DNA of 64,000 nt, from contig JANOEP010000061.1 of the NCBI GenBank assembly GCA_031441465.1, forward strand, positions 32,001 to 96,000, in the 5' to 3' direction. Each line of letters opens with the position of its first letter. Position 1 is the stretch's first letter. Position numbers and translations under genes: made by a program. The stretch comes from a bacterium (GTDB lineage: Bacteria > Krumholzibacteriota > Krumholzibacteriia > LZORAL124-64-63). The notes below the pieces were generated by a model. The model worked only from the letters and a program-made list of their open reading frames with translations, ran no database searches and had not been told where the DNA came from. Positions 36,963-45,419 of the stretch are shown one piece after another.

Positions 36963-39503
36963 ATGCCTGCGAAGGAAGCCACAGCCCGTATCAAGATCAA
37001 TAAGCTGCTCGAAACGGCGGGCTGGCGGTTCTTCCCGGACGGCGAGGCGCCCGCCAACATCCGCCTCGAACCGGGAGTGTCGATCAAGTCGACCGAGTTG
37101 GACGCGCTCGGGGACAATTTCGAAAAGGTCGGCAAGGGATTCGTTGATTTCCTCCTGCTCGACACCAAGGGTTTTCCGCTCATCGTCCTGGAAGCCAAGG
37201 CCGAGGACAAGAATCCGCTCGTCGGCAAGGAGCAGGCCCGCAAGTACGCCCGCTCCCTGGACTGCCGCTTCATCATCCTATCCAACGGGAATCTGCACTA
37301 CTTTTGGGACCTCGAGCGCGGCAACCCCTACGTCATCACCTCGATCCCGACACCGGAATCGGCCGGCGGCTACCGGAAGACCACGCCGGATCCGCAACGC
37401 CTCATCACCGACGAGGTGGGGGCGGACTACATCGTCCTCTCCCAGCGGCCGAACTACCGCTCCGAGGCGGGGTGGCTGCAGGAAGCGGAACGTCTCGGCT
37501 ACATCCAGGCCAACAAGCTCCGGTTCCTGCGGCCCTACCAGCTCAAGGCCATCCACAGCCTCCAGGCCGCAGTGGGCGCCGGAAAGGACCGCTTCCTGTT
37601 CGAGATGGCCACCGGCACCGGGAAAACCCTGACCGCTGCCGCCGTCATCAAACTCTTCCTACGGTCCGGCAACGCTCGGCGCGTCCTGTTCCTGGTCGAC
37701 CGGCTCGAGCTGGAGGACCAGGCCAAGAAGGCCTTCACCGCGCTGCTGTCTGCCGACTTCCGGACGGACATCTACAAGGAGCACCGCGACGACTGGCGGC
37801 GGTCGGAGATCGTGGTCACCACGGTGCAGTCGCTGCTCTTCAACAACAAGTACCAGCGGCTCTTCTCGCCGACCGATTTCGACCTCGTCATCTCCGACGA
37901 AGCGCACCGCTCCATCGGCGGCAACGCCCGCGCCGTCTTCGATTACTTCATCGGTTACAAGCTGGGCCTCACCGCCACGCCCCGCGACTATCTCCGCCGG
38001 TTCGACGGCTCGCATCCGGGTACCCGCGACCCGCGCGAGGCCGAACGCCGGCTGCTGCTGGACACATACCGCACGTTCGGCTGCGAAAACAGCCAGCCGA
38101 CCTTCCGCTACTCCCTGCTGGACGGCGTGAAGGAGGGCTTCCTCATCAATCCCACGGTGGTGGACGCCCGCACCGGGGTCACCACCGAACTGCTGTCGGA
38201 GGCGGGTTTCATCGTTTCGTTCACGGACGAGGCCGGCGAGGATCAGCAGCAGGCTTATCGGCAGCGCGAATTCGAGAAGCGGTTCTTCGCGGACGCCACC
38301 AACCAACTATTCTGCAAGACGTTTTTGGAGAATGCGTTACGCGATCCGGTAAGCGGGGAGATCGGCAAGTCGATCGTCTTCGCCGTCAGCCAGAACCACG
38401 CCGCCAAGCTGGCGCAGATCCTCAATCAGATGGCCGACCGCATGTTTCCCGGCAGGTACCGCTCCGATTTCGCGGTCCAGGTGACCTCGCAGATCACCGA
38501 CGCCCAGCAGTTCACGATCAACTTCAGCAACAACAACCTGCTCGGCTCGGGCAACTTCCTGCCGGGCTACAAGACCAGCAAGGCGCGGGTGTGCGTGACG
38601 GTCGGCATGATGACCACCGGCTACGACTGCACCGACATCCTCAATCTCGGCCTGTTCCGTCCCATCTTTTCGCCCACCGACTTCATCCAGATCAAGGGAC
38701 GGGGCACGCGAAAGCACGACTTCCGGGAGCAGCTCTTCGACGACAGCCTGAAGGACGGCGTTCGCAACCCGGTCAAGACGGCCTTCAAGCTGTTCGATTT
38801 CTTCGCCAATTGCGAGTACTTCGAGGAGGAGTTCAACTACGACGAAGTGCTGAAGCTCCCTAGGTCTCCGGGGGAGGCCCGAGGCGAGAAAGGCGAACCG
38901 GGCCCGTTCAAGTTCGATGGCACCTACGATCACAAAGGCATCGACATCATCGCTTCGCTACGGGAAGAGACCGTCGGCTACGAGGGGATGAAGATCGACC
39001 GCATGTTCTTCGAGCGGTTCGAGGATGTCGTACGGGAGGACGCCACCATCGCGGGTGCGGTGGAGGCCGGCCAGTGGGACCGCGTGATCGACTACGTGAA
39101 CCGCGAGGTCTTCGACAAGCCCGAGGAGTACTACACGCTCGACAAGCTGCGCAAGGCCGCCGCCGTCGACCGACGGCTGACTCTGCGGGAGATCCTGGAG
39201 AAGATCTTCGGCCTCATCCCTCGCTTCAAGTCCCGGGACGAGCTGCTGGAAGAGGAGTTCGCCAAGTTCGTGGCCGACGCCAAGCCCGAGGAAGCGGCCG
39301 CCATCCCGGCCATCAAGACATACTTCAAGGCCTACATCACCAGCGGCCACGTGCGTGACATCATCGAAAGTCGGCAGTTCACCGATCTAGCCACCAATCC
39401 CGTGTTCTCCGCCCACGACTTCCGCGCCGTGCCGGCCAGGTACCGCACGCTGATCCCTGAATACATCAAGGATTACGTTTCATTGAACCAGTTCGCCGCC
39501 TAG
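36963..39503 (+). CDS. hsdR: Type I restriction enzyme R subunit (EcoAI/EcoEI-like)
   Basis: Nuclease motif VDFLL...LEAK; EMATGTGKT, DEAH, LTATP, TTGYD, QIKGRGTR. Confidence 0.9.
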   Translation: MPAKEATARIKINKLLETAGWRFFPDGEAPANIRLEPGVSIKSTELDALGDNFEKVGKGFVDFLLLDTKGFPLIVLEAKAEDKNPLVGKEQARKYARSLDCRFIILSNGNLHYFWDLERGNPYVITSIPTPESAGGYRKTTPDPQRLITDEVGADYIVLSQRPNYRSEAGWLQEAERLGYIQANKLRFLRPYQLKAIHSLQAAVGAGKDRFLFEMATGTGKTLTAAAVIKLFLRSGNARRVLFLVDRLELEDQAKKAFTALLSADFRTDIYKEHRDDWRRSEIVVTTVQSLLFNNKYQRLFSPTDFDLVISDEAHRSIGGNARAVFDYFIGYKLGLTATPRDYLRRFDGSHPGTRDPREAERRLLLDTYRTFGCENSQPTFRYSLLDGVKEGFLINPTVVDARTGVTTELLSEAGFIVSFTDEAGEDQQQAYRQREFEKRFFADATNQLFCKTFLENALRDPVSGEIGKSIVFAVSQNHAAKLAQILNQMADRMFPGRYRSDFAVQVTSQITDAQQFTINFSNNNLLGSGNFLPGYKTSKARVCVTVGMMTTGYDCTDILNLGLFRPIFSPTDFIQIKGRGTRKHDFREQLFDDSLKDGVRNPVKTAFKLFDFFANCEYFEEEFNYDEVLKLPRSPGEARGEKGEPGPFKFDGTYDHKGIDIIASLREETVGYEGMKIDRMFFERFEDVVREDATIAGAVEAGQWDRVIDYVNREVFDKPEEYYTLDKLRKAAAVDRRLTLREILEKIFGLIPRFKSRDELLEEEFAKFVADAKPEEAAAIPAIKTYFKAYITSGHVRDIIESRQFTDLATNPVFSAHDFRAVPARYRTLIPEYIKDYVSLNQFAA

Positions 39504-39511
39504 GAGCACCG

Positions 39512-40345
39512 ATGAGCAAGACCAGGAAATCCAACATCGACGTGCAAGGCACGGCCATCACCGTGCTATCCCAGAATGAGTCGGATTTCATCAGTCTGAC
39601 GGATATCGCGCGGGTCAAGAACGCCGACCGCTCCGACGATCTCGTGCGCAACTGGCTCAGGAACCGCAATACGGTGGAATTTCTCGGGGTTTGGGAGCGC
39701 CTCAACAATCCCGGTTTCAATTCCGTGGAATTCGACGGGATTAAACCGCAGGCTGGCCTGAACAGTTTCGCCTTGACCCCGAAGCAGTGGATCGAGAAAA
39801 CGAACGCCATCGGCATCGTATCCCGGGCGGGCCGCTATGGCGGGACATACGCCCACAAAGACATCGCGTTCGAATTCGCCGCCTGGATCTCGGTCGAGTT
39901 CAAGCTATATTTGATCAAGGAGTTCCAGCGCCTGAAGGAAGACGAGAACCGTCGCCTGTCGCTCGCCTGGAACCTGAACCGCACCCTCGCCAAGCTCAAC
40001 TACCGCATCCATACCGACGCCATCAAGACGCACCTGATCCCATCCGCGGTGACGTCTGCGCAGGCCGCCATCACCTACGCCAATGAAGCGGACATGCTCA
40101 ACGTCGCCCTCTTCGCCCAGACGGCCAAGCAATGGCGGGACGCCAATCCCGCCCTGGAAGGGAACATGCGCGAGTACGCCACCGTCGAACAGTTGCTGGT
40201 GCTCGCCAACATCGAGGGAATGAACGCCGAACTCATGCACATGGGGCTGTCGCAGGGGGAGCGCCTCAAGCGCCTCAACGAGATCGCCATCCGTCAGATG
40301 CAGGTGCTCACCACCGCACCGACCATCAAACACCTCAAGGAATAG
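39512..40345 (+). CDS. KilA-N domain DNA-binding protein
   Basis: FISLTDIA, NWLRNRNT.EFL..WE...NP.F, GRYGGTYAH.DIA.EFA.W. Confidence 0.88.
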   Translation: MSKTRKSNIDVQGTAITVLSQNESDFISLTDIARVKNADRSDDLVRNWLRNRNTVEFLGVWERLNNPGFNSVEFDGIKPQAGLNSFALTPKQWIEKTNAIGIVSRAGRYGGTYAHKDIAFEFAAWISVEFKLYLIKEFQRLKEDENRRLSLAWNLNRTLAKLNYRIHTDAIKTHLIPSAVTSAQAAITYANEADMLNVALFAQTAKQWRDANPALEGNMREYATVEQLLVLANIEGMNAELMHMGLSQGERLKRLNEIAIRQMQVLTTAPTIKHLKE

Positions 40346-40348
40346 CCC

Positions 40349-42310
40349 GTGCTCGACACTGCCACCAAACGCCGCATCGACACCGCCCGTGACATCCTCG
40401 TGGGCAAGGTACCCGATCCCAAGAGCCAGGTCGAACAAATCACCATCGCGCTGATCTACAAGTTCATGGACGACATGGACGCCGAGAGCGAGGAGCTGGG
40501 CGGGAAGCGCAAGTTCTTCGCAGGCGGCTTCGCTCGTTATGGGTGGGCTAAGCTCATGCGTTCCGGTCTCGGCGGGCACGAGACCCTGAACCTGTATGCC
40601 GAGGCCATTACGAAAATGCCCGAGAACCCCGGTGTACCGTCGCTCTTCCGCGACATTTTCAAGAACGCGTTCCTGCCGTACCGCGACCCGGAAACTCTGC
40701 GCGCGTTTCTCAAGATCATCGACGAGTTTTCTTACGACCACAGCGAGCGTTTGGGCGATGCCTTCGAGTACCTGCTGTCGGTGCTCGGCTCCCAGGGTGA
40801 TGCCGGACAGTTCCGGACTCCGCGGCATATCATCGACTTCATGGTCGAGGTCATCGATCCGAAAAAGAACGAGACCGTGCTCGATCCGGCGTGTGGAACG
40901 GCGGGGTTTTTGATCTCGTCCTGGAAGCACATCCTCAGGGCCAACACCGACGCCAAGGGCGCCAGCACGCTGACGCCTGATGAGAAAGGACTACTGGCAA
41001 GAAATTTTAAGGGGTACGACATTTCACCTGATATGGTGCGCTTGTCGTTGGTGAATCTGTACCTGCACGGTTTTGCCGACCCACATATCGTGGAGTACGA
41101 CACGCTCACATCGCTTGACAAGTGGGGAGAACACGCCGACGTGATCCTCGCCAACCCGCCCTTCATGTCGCCGAAGGGCGGGATCAAACCGCACAATAGG
41201 TTCTCTATTCAGGCGAAGCGCAGCGAAGTGCTGTTTGTGGACTATATGGCTGAGCATCTCACTCCCCATGGGCGTGCCGGGATCATCGTGCCTGAGGGAA
41301 TCATCTTCCAGAGTCAGGCGTCATACAAACAACTGCGCAAGTTGTTGGTGGAGGAGTACCTCGTGGCAGTTGTGTCACTTCCTGCGGGGGTGTTTCAGCC
41401 ATATTCTGGGGTGAAGACATCGATTCTTGTTCTTGATAAACTGCTTGCTAAGATGAGCGACTCCATCGTCTTCTTCAAGATCGAGAATGATGGTTTCGGC
41501 TTGGGAGCACAGCGTCGTACTATCGAAAGCAACGACCTCCCGCGGGTAAACATCGAACTTGGCGCTTACCTCCACGCTTTGCGTAGCCAACAGCCAACTA
41601 CTCGGTTTCAGCCATCATGTGGGTTAGTCGTATTAAAGGAAAAGATCGCCGCCAATGGGGATTACAACCTGAGTGGTGAGCGATATCGAGATGTTGAGAC
41701 GAGGAATCATGCATTTCCAATAGTTCGTATTGGGGATGTGTGTACCATCAATCCACGCAAGGGTCAAATATCTGATCTGTCGCCGGGAACACGCGTCTCC
41801 TTCGTGCCTATGGCTGATCTGAACGAACATTGCATCGCATTTAATCCCAGAAATGAAAAGGCGATGTCGGAAGTAGCGGCGAGTTACACATATTTTGAGG
41901 ACAATGATGTTCTGCTCGCCAAGGTTACTCCCTGCTTTGAAAACGGAAAGGCAGGAGTCGCTCGCGATCTTGTTAACGGAATTGGATTTGGCTCCAGTGA
42001 GTTCTATGTGTTACGAAGTAGTGACAAAGTCTTGCCGGAGTGGATCTACTATTGCGTTATGCATCCGCTCTTTCGGGATGCGGCTATTGCACAGATGACT
42101 GGTACTGGCGGATTACAGCGCGTTCCACGAGATTATGTTGAAAACTTCCAAATACCCCTACCATCGATTGAAATGCAGAATGAGATCGTGGCAAAGATTG
42201 GAAACTACCAGAATGGTATTGCTGGCGCTCAGGAGATGATCGCCTGTTTCAAACAAAAAATCCAAACAGAAATCACTCGTGTTTGGGATGAGAGCGCGCC
42301 AACACCATAG
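40349..42310 (+). CDS. hsdM: Type I N6-adenine methyltransferase fused to a single HsdS target-recognition domain
   Basis: GQFRTP, DPACGTAGF, NPPF; C-terminal TRD (AKVTPCFENGK, GSSEFYV, IPLP.IE.Q..IV). Confidence 0.88.
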   Translation: MLDTATKRRIDTARDILVGKVPDPKSQVEQITIALIYKFMDDMDAESEELGGKRKFFAGGFARYGWAKLMRSGLGGHETLNLYAEAITKMPENPGVPSLFRDIFKNAFLPYRDPETLRAFLKIIDEFSYDHSERLGDAFEYLLSVLGSQGDAGQFRTPRHIIDFMVEVIDPKKNETVLDPACGTAGFLISSWKHILRANTDAKGASTLTPDEKGLLARNFKGYDISPDMVRLSLVNLYLHGFADPHIVEYDTLTSLDKWGEHADVILANPPFMSPKGGIKPHNRFSIQAKRSEVLFVDYMAEHLTPHGRAGIIVPEGIIFQSQASYKQLRKLLVEEYLVAVVSLPAGVFQPYSGVKTSILVLDKLLAKMSDSIVFFKIENDGFGLGAQRRTIESNDLPRVNIELGAYLHALRSQQPTTRFQPSCGLVVLKEKIAANGDYNLSGERYRDVETRNHAFPIVRIGDVCTINPRKGQISDLSPGTRVSFVPMADLNEHCIAFNPRNEKAMSEVAASYTYFEDNDVLLAKVTPCFENGKAGVARDLVNGIGFGSSEFYVLRSSDKVLPEWIYYCVMHPLFRDAAIAQMTGTGGLQRVPRDYVENFQIPLPSIEMQNEIVAKIGNYQNGIAGAQEMIACFKQKIQTEITRVWDESAPTP

Positions 42311-42593
42311 AAGAATTGAGTAGCGGCAGAAATCTTGTTGTCACCTCTCGATTCAATAAGCAAGTAATGCAGAATAGTCGAATAATGCTGCTAGCTATTC
42401 ATAATATCGATTGATGTAAGCAATCAGGTGCGATGGATCTCTTCGTGAATGGGGGCTCGGGGCATGGCCTCATGCTTGAGTAGTAGTTAGCTACATTGCG
42501 ATTACATCAGTAATCGATGGTGCGGCCGTAGCCTCGCTGTAATTAATCTCCAGACCAGAAGACAAGGCAGTCAACCCCGAATCATGATAATCG

Positions 42594-43406
42594 TCAGTCA
42601 CTTGAGCCCGCCTGCACGACGAGTGAAAGAACAAGCGAAGCCAGCGCATACCCGAAGATCCCCGGCAGCGCGATCCCGCTCGGCAGCCGGTTGCGCACCC
42701 GCCCCCGCTCGTACCGCGGATCGTCAAGATCGGGCGCCAGCGCCTCGGCCGGCTCCTCCTCCGACCACACGCAGGGGATGGGCGCCGTCACCCCGCGCCG
42801 CCTCAGGTACTTCCGCACCCGACCGGCCAGCGGGCAGCGCCGGCTCTCCCACAGATCCCCCGCCCTCACGAACGACACGTCGGTGCGCCCGGCCGCTCCC
42901 ATGCTGCTGACCACGGGGATGCCGAGCCCGACGCACGCCGCCAGCAGTTCGACCTTGGGGTTGAGCGCGTCGATCGCGTCGACGACGCACGTCGGCGGCG
43001 GCGCGAGCAGCGCGTCCGCGGTGTCCGTGTGGAAGAACGCCTCCACCCCGGCGATGGCGGTGTCCGGGCAGGTGAGGCGCAGGAACTCGCCGACGACCGC
43101 GACCTTCGGGCGGCCGATGTCCGCCGCCGTCGCGCAGGGGCTGCGGTTCAGCGACGACGCCGTCACCGGGTCGAAGTCGATCAGCGTGAGCCGCCCGATC
43201 CCGCTGCGTGCCAGCGCCAGAGCGGCGTGCGCACCCACGCCGCCGAGCCCGCAGACGACGACCGACGCGGCGCGGAGGCGCGCGAAGCCCGCGTCCCCGT
43301 AGAGGTCGACCGTGCGTGTGAAGCGTTCAGGGCAGCCCGCGCTCCCGGCTTGTGCAAGCGCTCCGAGGGGTGAATGACGGTTCTTGGCCACTGATCGCCG
43401 TTCCAT
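42594..43406 (-). CDS. tcdA: ThiF-family tRNA threonylcarbamoyladenosine dehydratase (start uncertain)
   Basis: GLGGVG, LARSGIG.L.LIDFD, SSLNR, VVDAID, SSMGAAG, CPLA. Confidence 0.85.
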   Translation of the reverse strand: MERRSVAKNRHSPLGALAQAGSAGCPERFTRTVDLYGDAGFARLRAASVVVCGLGGVGAHAALALARSGIGRLTLIDFDPVTASSLNRSPCATAADIGRPKVAVVGEFLRLTCPDTAIAGVEAFFHTDTADALLAPPPTCVVDAIDALNPKVELLAACVGLGIPVVSSMGAAGRTDVSFVRAGDLWESRRCPLAGRVRKYLRRRGVTAPIPCVWSEEEPAEALAPDLDDPRYERGRVRNRLPSGIALPGIFGYALASLVLSLVVQAGSSD

Positions 43407-44002
43407 TATGCGGGGATGCCACGCTGATCGGATGACCACGCATTCTTGCCGGGATGATGCTTTAATTTCAGAGGTTTACTCTTTTGGCTGTGGTGCATTG
43501 TCGAGGCAATGATGCCTACAAATGAGCAAACATAATCTCGGTAGACTGTCAGGTGTTCACTGCTCAGGAAACAATACTCTGAGTCGACTACCTTCTCTTT
43601 GAATAGATTAATCAGGATGAGCCGAGGGAATACTTCATCCCTTGGGTCTGTGAAGATTCGGCCCTTACTCTCCCAATCCGCAATGGTTTCACGCCTGGGG
43701 CCCTTCATCACTTGGGCCATTTCAGCTTGGGTCATGCCATACAAAGTCCGCAGATAGCGGAGATGCTCTCCCTTCATCCCCGGGGGAGTCAAAAGCAGAA
43801 AGAGGCCAATCGCCTGCAACAATTGCTGTTCGTCATGAATCTGCGTGATGATGTCATCGCACTCACCGCAATGAGTAATTGTAACCCCATTCCCGAATAA
43901 CTTGAGGCCGGAAATTCCTGAGTGTTTATATCGGTATTCGTTGGGTGTCTCGACCTCGACATTGGTCGATCCACAAGCCGGGCACCTTTTCTTCGTAGCC
44001 AT
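43406..44002 (-). CDS. MqsA-like antitoxin: Zn-finger plus Xre HTH plus C-terminal extension
   Basis: CPACG...CGEC; LRYLR...GMTQAEMA...TIADWE; low GC. Confidence 0.75.
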   Translation of the reverse strand: MATKKRCPACGSTNVEVETPNEYRYKHSGISGLKLFGNGVTITHCGECDDIITQIHDEQQLLQAIGLFLLLTPPGMKGEHLRYLRTLYGMTQAEMAQVMKGPRRETIADWESKGRIFTDPRDEVFPRLILINLFKEKVVDSEYCFLSSEHLTVYRDYVCSFVGIIASTMHHSQKSKPLKLKHHPGKNAWSSDQRGIPA

Positions 44003-44019
44003 TTTATCCTCTCACACGA

Positions 44020-44319
44020 TCAAAACACGGTGATACAGGTCGCGTCCCTGTTTGTTGCGATTCCAACCACAAGTTTGACTTTTCCTAATTCGGGAAGCGA
44101 TGCCTGAATTTTTATCCTGTAGCTGTTATGGCTGTCATCCTTGACAGGTCCGTCTACTATATCCCCTGTCCTGAGCACCTGGATGACATGCATCGACGTC
44201 AACGACGGAAACCTCTTTTCGACGCGTACCCAGAAGTGGCTGGAGTAGGCGAGTCCAATTTCATTCCTACAGACACGGGCAATGATCGCCTCCGCGTCAG
44301 GCTTGCTCAATGGTTTCAT
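44020..44319 (-). CDS. Putative toxin (DUF4258/RelE-like fold)
   Basis: 99 aa; YSSHF..R...R, VL..G, C-terminal ITVF; directly upstream of the Zn-finger/HTH gene. Confidence 0.65.
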   Translation of the reverse strand: MKPLSKPDAEAIIARVCRNEIGLAYSSHFWVRVEKRFPSLTSMHVIQVLRTGDIVDGPVKDDSHNSYRIKIQASLPELGKVKLVVGIATNRDATCITVF

Positions 44320-44340
44320 AGGCTGCCCTCAATCTAGCAA

Positions 44341-44370
44341 AATGTACGCTCATCGTACAGGCCCTATCAA
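44341..44370 (-). promoter_or_regulatory. Sigma70 promoter of the TA operon with an overlapping palindromic operator
   Basis: Minus strand TTGATA-N18-TACATT; perfect inverted repeat TGTACG-N5-CGTACA at 44343-44359. Confidence 0.65.
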
Positions 44371-44578
44371 AGAATTGTTGAATCGGCCTGAAATCGACTA
44401 ATTGGACCCGAAATAGAACATTATTCGCCTGCAGGCCGCCCAGCCGGGAAGCAGAACCCCGCGCAGTTCGGCCTCTTCCTGCTCAGGGAGGGGCGCGTAG
44501 GTACCGCATCGTCGGCATGGTAGGGCTGGTCACGGCAAGCCATCAGCAGGTCATTAACCCCGGACAGAATCTCGTTGG

Positions 44579-45361
44579 TCAGCCGTGTGGCACCGCTCCG
44601 TCCAGTCGAAAAAGGTCACGGGCATTCTCCGTGGTGAAGGCGGCGACGGCGTCCGCCGTCTGGCCGCGAAGTTCCGCCATCGCGAGGCAGACCTCTCGCA
44701 CGTGCCGCGGCTCGCAGGCGCCGGCGAGCACGTCCTGCAGCCCGATCGAGGGGGCGTCGGTCTCCAGCACGAGGCGTTCCGCGGGCGCCGCCGCGGCGCC
44801 GAGCCGCGCCCGCGCGCCCGGCCGCGTGATCGCCCCGCCGAAGCCCAGGTGCAACCCGAGTTCCAGATAGCGCCGGGCCAGTTCGGGTCCGCGCGAGAAC
44901 GCGTGCACGACGCCCCGCACCGGTGCGCTCCCGTAGACCTCGCGCAGCAGCGGGATCAGGTGCTCGGCGGCGCCGCGGTCGTGCAGGATCACCGGCAGGT
45001 CCAGCTCGCGCGCCAGCCCCAGCTGCAGGCGCAGGACCTCGGCCTGACGGTCCAGACCAGGCGTGCCCACCTTGGCGTCGAGTCCGATCTCGCCGACCGC
45101 GACCGCGCCGCAGGCGATCAGGCGCCGGCGCAGGTCGTCGACGTCGAGGGGCCGATCCGCGACCCAGGGATGCAACCCCAGCGCTGAGTGGACGCCCGGG
45201 TGCGCCGAGGCGAGCGCCGTCACCGCCTCCCAGGAGGCCGGATCGTAGGCCGGCGCCACGACATCGCTCACGCCCGCCGCGCGGGCGCGCGCCAGCACGC
45301 CGACGACATCGTCGGCCAGCGGCGCGGCGTCCAGGTGCGCATGGGTCTCGATCAGTCGCAT
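44579..45361 (-). CDS. tatD: TatD-family nuclease
   Basis: ETHAHL, GLHP, VGEIGLD, LHDR, VVHAFS, LETDAP. Confidence 0.92.
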   Translation of the reverse strand: MRLIETHAHLDAAPLADDVVGVLARARAAGVSDVVAPAYDPASWEAVTALASAHPGVHSALGLHPWVADRPLDVDDLRRRLIACGAVAVGEIGLDAKVGTPGLDRQAEVLRLQLGLARELDLPVILHDRGAAEHLIPLLREVYGSAPVRGVVHAFSRGPELARRYLELGLHLGFGGAITRPGARARLGAAAAPAERLVLETDAPSIGLQDVLAGACEPRHVREVCLAMAELRGQTADAVAAFTTENARDLFRLDGAVPHG

Positions 45362-45419
45362 GCCCCGATGATGCCTGAGATGGAGCGGGTCGTCCAGTCC
45401 GGGCGCCGGATTCCGGGCG

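Noticed and set aside
40343..40351. In-frame TAG between kilA-N and hsdM-S suggesting readthrough
   Set aside because: hsdM has its own AAGGA RBS and a normal N-terminus; in-frame spacing is a one-in-three chance and I know no precedent for the fusion.
42311..42590. Remnant second TRD or small gene in the low-GC spacer
   Set aside because: No convincing ORF or recognisable motif.
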